A stretch of 63,842 bases of DNA, the filler included, from Octopus bimaculoides (Eukaryota): the NCBI RefSeq assembly GCF_001194135.2. It is 8 parts of 7 records of this genome, joined end to end, with 100 filler letters (N's around TTAATTAATTAA, not from the genome) between each part and the next. Parts side by side here need not be neighbours in the genome. Positions count along the whole stretch, not along the records: positions 26,140 to 42,312 come from NC_068983.1; 7 more parts are not named here. One strand, 5' to 3'. Of this stretch, positions 27,854-39,494 are shown piece after piece. The first letter of the stretch is position 1. Each line of letters begins with the position of its first letter. Under the pieces are notes generated by a model. The model was given only the letters and a program-made list of their open reading frames with translations. It had not been told where the DNA came from and did not search any database. Made by a program: the position numbers and the translations under genes.

Positions 27854-27990
27854 ATAACACTATGTGACCTGCCTTGACCAATAGCAGCCCAATTTCTGGT
27901 AGCCATCTTGAACTTCCTATACCTCTCCATTTGACTACCTGAGCCTGGGACCAAATCAAACCTGTTTTAAATAATAATAATAAATAATAA

Positions 27991-28109
27991 AACACTTTCA
28001 ATACAGTAACCATAAGAGTACCACAGCAAACCACAGCACATACCCAAGGCGCACAGAGCTGCGTTCGGTAGTGAAGTGAAAGCACGTTATAAAAATAAAA
28101 CTACTGAAC
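27991..28109 (+). mobile_element. Severely 5'-truncated Dong/R4 copy (last codons and 3'UTR) inside (AAT)n
   Basis: Close match to 6353-6470; AAT repeats on both sides. Confidence 0.85.
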
Positions 28110-28124
28110 AATAATAATAATAAT

Positions 28125-28308
28125 CCTTTCTACTAAAGGCACAAGGCCTGAATTTGGGATGAGGGGACTAGTCGATAACATCGACCTCAATGTTTTACTG
28201 GTACTTAATTTACTGACCTCGAAAGGATGAAAGGCAGAATTTGAACTCAGAACATAGTGAGAAACAAAATACCCAGCATGCTAACGATTCTGCCAGCTCA
28301 CCGCCTTA
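28125..28308 (-). mobile_element. SINE family A, near full length
   Basis: Minus-strand head AAGGCGGTGAGCTGGCAGAATCGTTAGCATGC, B-box-like GAGTTCAAATTC, (ATT)n tail; matches 50901-51118 and 57679-57790. Confidence 0.8.
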
Positions 28309-28312
28309 ATAA

Positions 28313-28354
<42 letters not shown>

Positions 28355-28597
28355 TAATAATAATGATAATATTATATTTTGTTGTGTCATTACACCAATA
28401 TTAAAATAGGGAGAGTCATTACACCAATATTAATAATATACACTGGTTCAAATCCACTCCTTTATTATTAGCCAATCGATTAAATATCTATCCAACTAAC
28501 TGATTGCTTGTTTTGTTCTCCATCATATGACTATTGCAGCTGGCACCTCACATTTAGTTGCTCAAATTACACATTATCTATCTATTTATGATATATA

Positions 28598-28666
<69 letters not shown>

Positions 28667-28691
28667 CACACACACATGCATAAATCTATGT

Positions 28692-30340
28692 ATCATCATC
28701 ATGCTAGTATGGGTTGAATGATTTGACTGAGAACTGGTGAACTGGATGGCTGCACCAGGCTCCAATCTGATCTGGCAGAGTTTCTACAGCTGGATGCCCT
28801 TCCTAACGCCAACCACTCTGAGAATGTAGTGGGTGCTTTTATGTGCCACCGGCACGAGGGCCAGTCACGTGGTACTGGCAACGGCCATGCTCAAAATGGT
28901 GTTTTTTACGTTCCACCTGCACAGGAGCCAGTCCAGCGGCACTGGCAATGACCTCGCTTGAATGATTTTCTAACGTGCCAGTAAGGCGACACTGGTAACG
29001 ATCACGCTCAAATGATGCTATTTACATGCCACTAGCATGGAAGCCAGACAGCTTCTCTGGCAATGATCGGATGGTGCTGTTAGTGCTCCACTGGCACAAG
29101 TGCCGGTCATTGAATATGGTTCAATTACATTTTCGATTTCACTTGCCCCAACAGATCTTCACAAGCAGAGTTTAGTGTCCAATGAAGGAGAGGTTGGCAT
29201 GGGTGCCAGTCGTCGGATTTGGTTCGATTTCGATTTTAGATTTTAAATTCACTTGCCTCAACAGGTCTTCGCAAGCATAGTGTCCAATGAAGTAAAGATA
29301 AGAATAAGTGAACTGGCTACACTTCTAGCAGAGGCCACAGATTATGCTCTCACTTGGCTTGCCGGGTCTTCTCACGTACTGCATATTTCCAAACGTCCCG
29401 GCCACTAGTCATTGCCTTGGTGAGGCCTAAAGTTCGAAGGTCATGCCTCACAACCTCATCCGAGTTCTTCCTGGGTCTACCTCTTCCACAGGTTCCCTCA
29501 ACCGCTAGGGTGTGGCACTTTTTCACACAGCTATCCTCAACCATTCTTGCCACATCACCATACCAGTGCAGTCGTCTCTCTTGCACACCATAACTGATGC
29601 TTCTTAGGTCTAACTTTTCTCTCAAGGTACTTACACTCTGTTGAGTATGCACACTGACATTACACATCCATCAGAGCATACTGGCTTTGTTTCTTGCGAG
29701 CTTACACATGTCCTCAGCAGTCACGGCCCATGTTTCACTGCCATGTAGCATGGCGGTTCATACACATGTGTCATACAGTCTGCCTTTTACTCTGAGTGAG
29801 AGGCCCTTTGTCACCAGCAGAGGTAAGAGCTCTCTGAACTTTGCCCAGGCTATTCTTATTCTAACAGCTACACTTTCAGTGCACCCTCCCCCGCTACTAA
29901 CTTGGTCACCTAGATAGCGGAAGCTATCAACTACTTCTAGNNNNNNNNNNNNNNNNNNNNNNNNNNNNNNNNNNNNNNNNNNNNNNNNNNNNNNNNNNNN
30001 NNNNNNNNNNNNNNGCCACATACAAAAACTATCTTGCTAGTTAGCCTTCCTTTGATATTACTGCACCTCTTATGTGTCCATAGCTTACACTGGGTACAAC
30101 TTATGGGGTTTCTACCTACGCCTTTTCTACAGATCGAGCAGGGCCATCTACCTGAAGTGGTTTGTGTTTTGTCTACCTTCGTACTTATTAGGACTTTGGT
30201 TTTAGCTAGGTTGACTCTAAGGCCCTTCGATTCTAGTCTTTGCTTCCACACCTGAAACTTCTCCTCTAGTTCTGATAGTGACTCAGCAATTAGTGCAAGG
30301 TCGTCAGCATAGAGGAGCTCCCAGGGGCATCCTATCTTGA
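28692..30340 (-). mobile_element. 5'-truncated RTE-type LINE with Cys-rich insert in RT, long 3'UTR, (ATG)n tail
   Basis: ELLYADDLAL, VNLAKTKV, WPCSICRKGVGRNPISCTQCKLWTHKRC, FRYLGD, AWAKFRELLPLL, RLHWYG, GRGRPRK. Confidence 0.92.
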
Positions 30341-30834
30341 ATATATGTATGTATGATTCCAATTATTTGATTAAGTGGAATTATAGTTTAAGTGGTAGAG
30401 TCTTCCATGAGGCTATTGCAATAGACATTTGTCTTAGGTGCCATGCTACAGGATCATCTAAGTATCTTATGATTGTGATACATGCTTCTTGACCATTTAT
30501 CCTTATCTGCACCCTGGTTGCTTTTATATTTGTTTGACACCAATATCATAAGCATAGCAATATGCCAGTTTTTTCTTCACTACATTTCTTCACCACAATT
30601 TGGATCCTGTAAATTGCCAGTAGTAATGGCACATAACCTATTATCTTTTAGGATGGTTGCTGATAGTGGCTGGAGGTTCTTGTTAGAGTGATTCAAAGTT
30701 TTAGCACTTCATCTTTCTAGCTCATCTGATACAGACAGAAATGGAAAATAAAGAAAACAATATATAAACAGAAAAATTAAGAAATAAAATGGAAATTAGA
30801 TAGATATTTAGGTATATGTTTGTGTGTGTGTGTG

Positions 30835-30877
<43 letters not shown>

Positions 30878-30915
30878 GTGTAAGCAAATGCCAGATCTCC
30901 TACTCTATAGAAAGA

Positions 30916-31124
30916 AAACTTTGTATGAGGTAGTGAAAAATGACCTCAAGATGTTACATTTAATGAAGGAGATTACAAATGTCTGTGTCAACTAGTCATA
31001 CATGGTGCTGAAGAACACCTGACCTTTTACACAAACTTACTGTACATGCACACCACCTTTGCCAATTGTTCTGTAAATGCATCCCCTCTGTCTTGCTCAT
31101 TTTATACTCTACATCATCTATTCT
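30916..31124 (+). mobile_element. RTE-like LINE 3' end fragment (second subfamily)
   Basis: EVVKNDLKMLHL motif; reverse-complement match to 33827-34037. Confidence 0.7.
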
Positions 31125-31519
31125 GTATCTTCTTACCTCTTCCATTCACTATGCCATGTCAATCACAGCTCTCTTTGTGCATATTGAATACGCCCAATAC
31201 TTATATCCTGCAATGACTCCTTCCTCTTTTCTCCAAAGTCATGATACTAAAATGCGGAGGAATTGCACTCTGACAATCTTTACCCAACTCACTCTCTTCT
31301 CACCATGCTCTCTTGGACATTCTATCTTAAGGGTATGCTCAGGCCCCTCTTCATCGTCTCATCTCTCCTCCATGCACCTTTTTATCCAGCCTTTTTCTCC
31401 TTCTCCATCCAAGGTGTCATGTAGAGGAATTGAATCCAAACCATGTGGTTGAGAAGCAAATTTTTTAACCACACAACCATACCTGTGACCTGGAAGAGAA
31501 ACACACTACATACCACAAA

Positions 31520-32035
31520 AAGTTATACATGAGTGTATTTTCCATGAACAAGAAAAGGATGACAATATTAACAGGAAGTGTAGCCTCTCCTGGACTTGTG
31601 TACACTACACCATGCCATGAGTTTAAGATTATATTCTTGCAGTCCAAAATTAGGAGACAACTGCAAAATATTTTGTCAACAAACAGGACAATGATGCCTT
31701 TAAAATCCCAAGATGCAACTGGAAATGTTGATTATGTTACTCTTTTGTGGAAAATATATCACATGTAATTAGCAGCTTCCCAAAAATATCAAGGCACTAC
31801 CTTACAATGTGACATGGTATTAAAACAACATACAATGTCATCCACAGAAAAATAAATAAAAACAACACCTCTTCTATGAAATACATATCAAAGCAAGGAA
31901 TATTGGTGAAACATTTCCATCAAAACTTCTACAAAGTGCAAACATAACAGACCTAGCATAGTTATTTGGGACAAAAGATGTGAGCATCTCTTCCAGAATC
32001 AGCAAGAAAGGGAATATCTATGGACAACTGATTTG
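31520..32035 (+). mobile_element. Old Dong/R4-type relic (zinc-knuckle/RLE region)
   Basis: ENISHVISSFPKISRHYL, YNVIHRK, NITDLA.VIWD-like remnants with many stops. Confidence 0.5.
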
Positions 32036-32049
32036 AAGCTTGCAACTCC

Positions 32050-32050
<1 letters not shown>

Positions 32051-32094
<44 letters not shown>

Positions 32095-32967
32095 GTTTAA
32101 CGTCCGCTTTCCATGCTAGCATGGGTTGGACGATTTGACTGAGGACTGGTGCAACCGGATGGCAACACCAGGCTCCAATCTAATTTGGCAGAGTTTCTAC
32201 AGCTGGATGCCCTTCCTAACGCCAACCACTCAGAGAGTGTAGTGGGTGCTTTTACGTGTCACCCACATGAAAACGGCCACGCTCGAAATGGTGTCTTTTA
32301 TGTGCCACCCGCACAAGAGCCAGTCCAGGGGCACTGGCAACGATCTTGCTCGAAAACCCTACAAGGCCAGTCAGGCGGTACTGNNNNNNNNNNNNNNNNN
32401 NNNNNNNNNNNNNNNNNNNNNNNNNNNNNNNNNNNNNNNNNNNNNNNNNNNNNNNNNNNNNNNNNNNNNNNNNNNNNNNNNNNNNNNNNNNNNNNNNNNN
32501 NNNNNNNNNNNNNNNNNNNNNNNNNNNNNNNNNNNNNNNNNNNNNNNNNNNNNNNNNNNNNNNNNNNNNNNNNNNNNNNNNNNNNNNNNNNNNNNNNNNN
32601 NNNNNNNNNNNNNTTCCAAAGGTCTCGGTCAGTAGTCATCGCCTCGGTGAGGCCCAATGTTCGAAGGTCTTGCCTCACCACCTCAGCCCAGGTCTTCCTG
32701 GGCCTACCTCTTCCACGGGTTCCCTCAACTGTTAGGGAGTGGCACTTTTTCACGCAGCTATCCTCATTCATTCTCACCACATGTCCAAACCAGCGCAATC
32801 GTCTCTCTTGCACATCACAACTGACGCTTCTTATGTTCAGCTTTTCTCTCAAGATACTTACACTCTGACGGGTATGCACATTTACATTACACATCCAGCG
32901 GAGCATACTGGCTTCATTCCTTGCGAGCTTACGCATGTCCTCAGCAGTCACAGCCCATGTTTCACAG
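32051..32967 (-). mobile_element. Young RTE-type LINE 3' part with (ATG)n tail
   Basis: Stop-free MRKLARNEASMLRWMCNV...RRLRWFGHVVRM...GRGRPRKTW; 3' end nearly identical to 62350-62446. Confidence 0.92.
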
Positions 32968-33826
32968 CCTATCTAATTTTGTATTCATACCAATAATCAT
33001 TCATGCACTCAGCTTTGTAAGCAAATGCCTAAGCAAGAAGCTGGAGAAGCTAAAATGTTCAAGCAAAGAAATAGAGCTGCTAACAAGAACTTTAGAGATA
33101 CAATCTGTAAATGGATCAGTAAAAATAAACAAAACTTTTTTAAAGTTGAATATATTACAATTATCATTATTGTTATCCAAATTCCAATGATGGATTTTTG
33201 TTTCTTTTTCAGAAACCACCTCCCTCATTCTAGAAAGAATACTAAAATAAATAGAAGAAAAGATATTTACATGTATTTTCGGACTTATATACATACATAC
33301 ACTCACATATACATTCATGCATGAAATGTATCCCAAAGAAATATACATAAATAAGTAGATCATCAGGATGAGTATGTTGGGAGACACATTTTAAGAAATA
33401 CATGCATTACCCATGTCTTCCCTTTACATAGTAATAACTATGTAGCGTTATTGTCCTCAGTTGGGAAAAATATTATAGCAATGGAACTATAAGAGTAAGA
33501 TTCTTACTGCAAAGATCTTTGCAGTTGCTACCTGATCCCACCCATTTTGCATTCATGTCCTACAGCTATACACACTTAAAGAGCAACAAATATCAAGTGT
33601 TTTCTTGGATTGTGGAGAGTGCTGCTAAAAGTTGCATCAGATGCTTTAAGATATAGAAAAGTATGGTGCCTTTAATGTTCAAATACCAACACAGCTGACT
33701 AGATTTTATTTAACAGTTTGATTGGGGCTAATACTAACTCAATCAATTATATCACTTTTACTCATGTATAGCCAAAGTATATCATATATTGTTCCAACCA
33801 AACTGTATGGAATAGACACAGTAGTT

Positions 33827-34037
33827 AGAATAGATGATGCAGAGTATAAAATGGGCAAGGCAGAAGGGATGCATTGACAAAACAATTGGCAAAGGTGGCA
33901 TACATGTACACTAAGTTTGCGTGAAAGGTTGTGTGCTCTGCAGCACCATGTATGACCAGTTGACACAGTCCTTTGTTGCTTCTATCATTAAATGTAACAT
34001 CTTGAGATCATTTTTCATTACCTCATCCATAGTTTTT
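33827..34037 (-). mobile_element. RTE-like LINE 3' end fragment, inverted relative to 30916-31124
   Basis: Direct alignment by eye, roughly 80-85% identity. Confidence 0.7.
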
Positions 34038-34720
34038 GTATTATTGACACAAGACCACAAATTTGGGGTGAAAGTTAATGTAAACTTGATCAAATCCATT
34101 ACTTGTCCAGTACATATTTTATTAATCTTGGATGGATGAAAGGCAAAGTGTACTTTGTATCTTATTCTTTCAGGATTTGAACTAAAGCATAAAGCATTTA
34201 CTCCACCACTCTGCCATTTCTGTAACTTTACCACTCTAACTATATGAAATGTAGAAGACATAGGAATAAGTGTATTCTGTAGTTATTTATTCCAAGTGAG
34301 ACCTGACTGTGCAAATCTATGATCAAAGGCATTATAGCAATGACCATCTTTTCATAACATACTTAAAATTACATTATGCAATATATTCTCCTTTTTTCAA
34401 AATAATAGCATACGGTTTTAGGAAGATTTTGTTGCTATTTTTACCAGATTGCATTAACTTGTAAAAGTACACTCTGTTTTTGAGAATAAGTGTTGCAAAT
34501 AGTGATAGTGATGAATGAAGTTGATTACAATGATGACAATTATGGTGAGAGTGTGGAGTATGATAATTATGATGATGATGGTGGTGGTGGTGGTCCCAGT
34601 AATCATCATTTACATGGAGGGAATACTTCTGCTGATGATGACAATGGTGGATATGAAGACAATGATGATGATAGGTAAATAGGTAAAATAATGTTTTGAA
34701 CAGTGTGTTTTCTATTGCAG

Positions 34721-34910
34721 AAGTTGAAACAAACTGATGAGTTAATGCTGAACCTCAACACAGATTATAACACCAGCAGATTACAAACAACACCAGCTTT
34801 TCAAAACTATATTGATACATTACAAATATCAGAAGAACCAATCACAACTACTATAACTCTCAGTCACTCAAAATGTGTGAGACCTGTACAAAAAAACCAA
34901 GGCACATTAT
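34721..34910 (+). CDS. Candidate internal coding exon of an unidentified host gene (phase 0 in, phase 1 out)
   Basis: TGTTTTCTATTGCAG acceptor, GTAAGT donor, 190 nt, only one stop-free frame: KLKQTDELMLNLNTDYNTSRLQTTPAFQNYIDTLQISEEPITTTITLSHSKCVRPVQKNQGTL; no homolog recognised. Confidence 0.5.
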
Positions 34911-34927
34911 GTAAGTAAATGAGTGGT

Positions 34928-35164
34928 ATTCTTTTACTTGTTTCAGTCATTTGAATGTGGCCATGCAGGAGCACTGCTTTTAGTCGAACAAATTGACCCC
35001 AGGACATATTCTTTGTAAGCCTAGTACTTATTCTATCAGTCTCTTTGCCAAACTGGTAAGTTACGGGGATGTAAACACACCAACATCAATTGTCAAACAA
35101 CGGTGGGGGACAAACATAGACACACAAATATATACATATATATGTATATGTGTATATATGTATA

Positions 35165-35205
<41 letters not shown>

Positions 35206-35306
35206 GACAGGCTTCTTTCAGTTTCTGTTTATCAAATCCACTCACAAGGCTTTGGTTGGCCCAAGGCTATAGCAGAACACACTTGCCCAAGGTGCCATGC
35301 AGTGGG
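34928..35306 (-). mobile_element. SINE family B
   Basis: TTTTACTTGTTTCAGTCATTTGA..., central (TA)n, CTTGCCCAAGGTGCCATGCAGTGGG. Confidence 0.85.
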
Positions 35307-35331
35307 TATATATATATATATATATATATAT

Positions 35332-35521
35332 CAGCTCTTCGAAACGCCGGTGTTAAAACAGGGGTAGCTGATGAAGGAAAATGTTCTCTATGTGGCTTGT
35401 GTATTTTCTTGTCTACGTTTTGTTTGCAATGTCCTGTACCCAGATATGCACCTATACATATAGGTGGATGTCGGTATGCACATACCTGTACGTATATATG
35501 CATATACTCATTTACTATTTG

Positions 35522-35525
<4 letters not shown>
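35332..35525 (+). repeat. Interspersed repeat, possible PLE pseudo-LTR fragment
   Basis: Matches 58075-58315 on the opposite strand (GCTGATGA.GGAAA.TGTTCTCTATGTGGC; CCTGTACCCAGATATGCA). Confidence 0.6.
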
Positions 35526-35560
<35 letters not shown>

Positions 35561-36209
35561 GTGTATACATCTTCACAGATATACGTTATTCTACTACTCA
35601 TCACTGACCTGTCTCTTAAGCAACCTAACCTGTATTCCCAAATTCTTTATTCCACCATTTTACTACCCCTACCCCCTCTCTCTGCTCTTCACTTAGGCTT
35701 TATCACAACATACCTCACACTCCTTTACTCTTTACCCTCTCATCTCTTTACACCCTCATCTCTTTCTCTCTATCTCACTCTCACCTCTCTCTTCTTTCTA
35801 TCATTTTATCCTGACTGACCACTAGCCAGCATACATTCTGTCTCTTCATTTCTTTATTATCTCTCTCCCCCTTTTTCTATTCTTCTTTTTTCTTTCTCTT
35901 CTTTTTTTCCTTCTTTTCTTGTTTTTATTTCACCTTACAAACACATTCCTAACTTTTAAGTCACTTCAACAAAAAACTCTCCATCGAATAACACCTTTTA
36001 CAAGACTTTATGCTTGGAATGACCAATTATAAGCAACATTGGAACCTACACACAAGGTACAAGAAACTTATATTTCCACCATTCTGGTCAAATAATGGAA
36101 CTGTTGATACAATATCGTTACGTATCTCATTTCTGTTTCCTTCCTCCACTTCACTCTGTATTTCATATCCTCTCTATAATAACTATTGCTTAACCATTTT
36201 CTCGCACTG

Positions 36210-36255
36210 TCTCTGATGAAGGGATATGTAAAATATCCCGGAAACAGCTGTAAGA
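36210..36255 (+). ncRNA. Minimal type I hammerhead ribozyme motif
   Basis: TCT-CTGATGA-A-GGGATAT(gtaaa)ATATCCC-G-GAAA-CAGCTG-TA^AGA; GUA cleavage triplet, palindromic stem III. Confidence 0.65.
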
Positions 36256-36318
36256 TCTTCTTATAAATGTTCTGAAATCTTTCATAGCCTTGGATTTTTT
36301 ATCTCATTCTGTTAATTT

Positions 36319-36372
<54 letters not shown>

Positions 36373-36853
36373 ATCAAAATAAGCAACAGCATATCAAGAA
36401 ATGATGCAGTACGACTGTTTCAAGCGGCTCCATTTAATTGAACAATGCAATCATTACATCAATTTAAATGCAGGGCTCTCACAAATAAATAGAATTTTCA
36501 TCAGTTGGACACACTAATATAATTTTTCTCAAATACTTTAACAGAGCAAAAATATGGAAGAAATCCATGTTGTCGCTATTGTAGCTAAAAATAGACTACA
36601 CTTCCAAGAAAGGCATGAAGCTTACTGGGGTCATAGCTTGTAAAGGATTTCTAATTTATTTGTCTTCTTATCAACAACTAAATCTAAGACTAGAGGACTG
36701 TGTCTGTTTGGAATGAAGGGCAAGAGTGACAGCTCATGGCTAGGTATGGTCAAAAATATTGTCAAGATATTAGGAGTAGTAAATTGGGTATAAAGTAACT
36801 GTCTATAAAGGAGGCTAGGTAGGGGAAGACCCTAAATTATGATGTTAATTACC

Positions 36854-36888
<35 letters not shown>

Positions 36889-36946
36889 TGTGTGTGTGTG
36901 TATGTAAATGTGTGTGTGTAAATATATATATATATATATATATATA

Positions 36947-37000
<54 letters not shown>

Positions 37001-37621
37001 CATATATATATATATATATATGATTAATGAGAGAGATTGAAGATGGAAGATATGAGAATGTTTATTGATCACTACAATTGTTTCAACCCACCTAGCACCG
37101 ATCCCTCATGGGTGAGATACTGAACAACTGGTTTAGGAGTATCTGTCGGTGTAGATGTGTCTCTTCAGGTGATTACAAGATGTATCTCGTTAAAATAACA
37201 TCTGTTCCACAAGTTTTCTTTTTGGTATGTGTATACAAAAGCAATAAATTAAGGGATACAGCATCATTATTATAGAAGATCAATAAAATCAGATGTAAAA
37301 AGAAACAAATATACAATACAGCAAAAAAAGTATTAAATATAACTGTGAGCAGACATGGATGTATACACACCCTCGTTTAGGTTGTATGGCGCACATACAT
37401 TCACTCATACAAACTTACACAAAGATATAAGCATATGCATGCATGTGGTTTGGCACACATCCATACACACAGTGAATTAAATAGATACTTTGTGTTTATA
37501 ACAATGGGAAGGATACAGTTAATTCATCCACACCATAAGGTAAATTATGGTTATTGATTTGGTTAATGACTAGCAGAGATACCCGGCCTTGCTCGGGATG
37601 AAAATGGCATAGATTTTATTG

Positions 37622-37925
37622 CTTTACTTGTTTCTGTCATGTGACTGCGGCCATGGTGGAGCACCGCCGCTGGTCGAAGAAATCAACCACAGGATTTGTT
37701 CTTTGTAAGCCTAGTACTCATTGTGTCAGTGTCTTTTACCAAACCGCTAAGTTACGGGAATGTAAACAGCAACATCAGTTGTCAAGCAATGGTGGGGCTA
37801 CAAACCCAATATAAAAGTACACACATATACAAATATACACATATATATATATACGACAGTCTTCTTTCAGTTTCCGAGTAAGAAATCCACTGAAGATTTT
37901 GTTCAACCTGAGGCTATAGTAAGCA
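37622..37925 (-). mobile_element. SINE family B copy abutting the Helitron 3' end
   Basis: Family match; junction shared with 41697-41945. Confidence 0.8.
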
Positions 37926-37961
37926 TATATATATATATATATATATATATANNNNNNNNNN

Positions 37962-38298
37962 ACAATCCTGTAAATGATAATAATGGTATTTTTATATAAG
38001 CTTAAAGCTTATGCCGTTCACCGTGCAATGACTAACGAAAATAGTCTAATAATGGGGGATATAAACCCTCGACAGAAAAAAGAAGGCTTTCCCATCTGCG
38101 TGGGGTGGGACGCGAACCCACATCCCTTTGTTAACATGAATAATTGTGGTACCTTCACACATGGATAGGAAAGCCTTTTTTCTGTCGAGTGCTTATATGC
38201 CTCGTTATTAGACTATTTTCCTTAGTCATTGCACGGTGAACGCCATAAACTTTAATGTTATATAAAAATACCATTATTATTATCATTTACAGGATTGT
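37962..38298. repeat. Fold-back inverted repeat, about 135-bp arms
   Basis: 37962-38096 vs 38164-38298, about 11 mismatches and 2 small indels. Confidence 0.92.
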
Positions 38299-38532
38299 AA
38301 GATACGGTGTCATATAAGAAAACCATTTGCACCGAAAGCATATGTATATATATATATATATAATTCGAAAACATGATACTGCATTGTACAAGAAAACCAT
38401 TTGCACCGAAAGCATATATATATATATATAATTAGAAAACATGAAGTTTCGTAACATTGTTTACAAAATAACAGCCGATCGTTTGCAAAGGACCGTGTCT
38501 ACAGTGAGCAGTGATGATTTTTGCTCTGGTAA

Positions 38533-38625
38533 CTACTACTGTCTCCCATGTTCATGCACGACCAGCTATATGTCGGTATGAGTAGAGCAACGGATTCAGC
38601 AAATATGGAAATTAGTTGTGGATAA
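38533..38625 (+). pseudogene. PIF1-family/Helitron helicase C-terminal motif relic
   Basis: PMFMHDQLYVGMSRATDSANMEI resembles the F.HGQLYVA.SR motif. Confidence 0.55.
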
Positions 38626-38910
38626 ATGGAGCAGTAAAAAGACGAAATTTAAAAAATCTGTTATCTCTCTCACTCTCTCTCTCTTTGCACCATCGCTAGA
38701 AGGGGACTTAACTCATGTTTGCAAATGGTGGCGACTTGAAAATTGTTAGAATTTATGGTTTAAAATTATTTTTAATGCAAAAATTCACATGTTAGGAAGC
38801 AACCAAAAAAAAAAAAACAAATGGCCGATTCCGGGCATTTTCGACCATGAAGAATCCATTGGTGTGACTCCCAGATTGCTATCTTGTAAGGTGTGGATTT
38901 CTATAGATGC

Positions 38911-38948
<38 letters not shown>

Positions 38949-39457
38949 CACACTCACAAACTCAGCTATACAATATGTATAGATTACTCAAATTCATTCA
39001 CACTGCATTGTGCAAAAGTGCATGTAAGCATGTAAGCATCTTGACAGTCTTTCAGATCTTCTCATTGGTCCACAAAATAGGCAAGGATTCTTTGGAGCAG
39101 TCTGCATCTCCTGGAAAGGATATTATATGGTAGTGTGTTATATCAAACTAAATTTTATTCTCCCTGCTTCTCAGCAATCTTAATGTTGAATTTGGTGTCC
39201 TTCAGAGTTTTCCTAAATATACAGACTAGTTCCCCATGAAGTGTAGCCTCTACAAACATCACTCATTGATATTTATCAGACTTGTACCATGTGTTCACTG
39301 TTTGCTTTGTCACAAAACCTCTGTGCAGTATTCTAGTTTTTACCTTGGTATCTAAGATGCATACCACTGGCATCATTACAAATGGTGTTATCTAATTTCT
39401 TTCTACCTCCTCTGTATACACAAAGGGGAGAGAAGAAAAAATTGTGGAGGAATAAAC

Positions 39458-39490
<33 letters not shown>

Positions 39491-39494
<4 letters not shown>

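Larger units (their letters stand above)
37570..38983 (-). mobile_element. Composite non-autonomous Helitron (5' TC, 3' hairpin and CTAG, A|T target)
   Basis: Minus strand begins A|TCTATACATA at 38983, carries (GT)n, and ends CCCGAGCAAGGCCGGG-TATCTCTG-CTAG|T at 37570; that both ends belong to one element is inferred. Confidence 0.55.

Noticed and set aside
28125-28308. SINE heads as tRNA genes
   Set aside because: Only A/B-box-like remnants; no cloverleaf or anticodon supportable; multi-copy with tails
30640-30730. Minus-strand acceptor-like pyrimidine tract and possible exon
   Set aside because: Stops in all three frames within 20 nt; no other support
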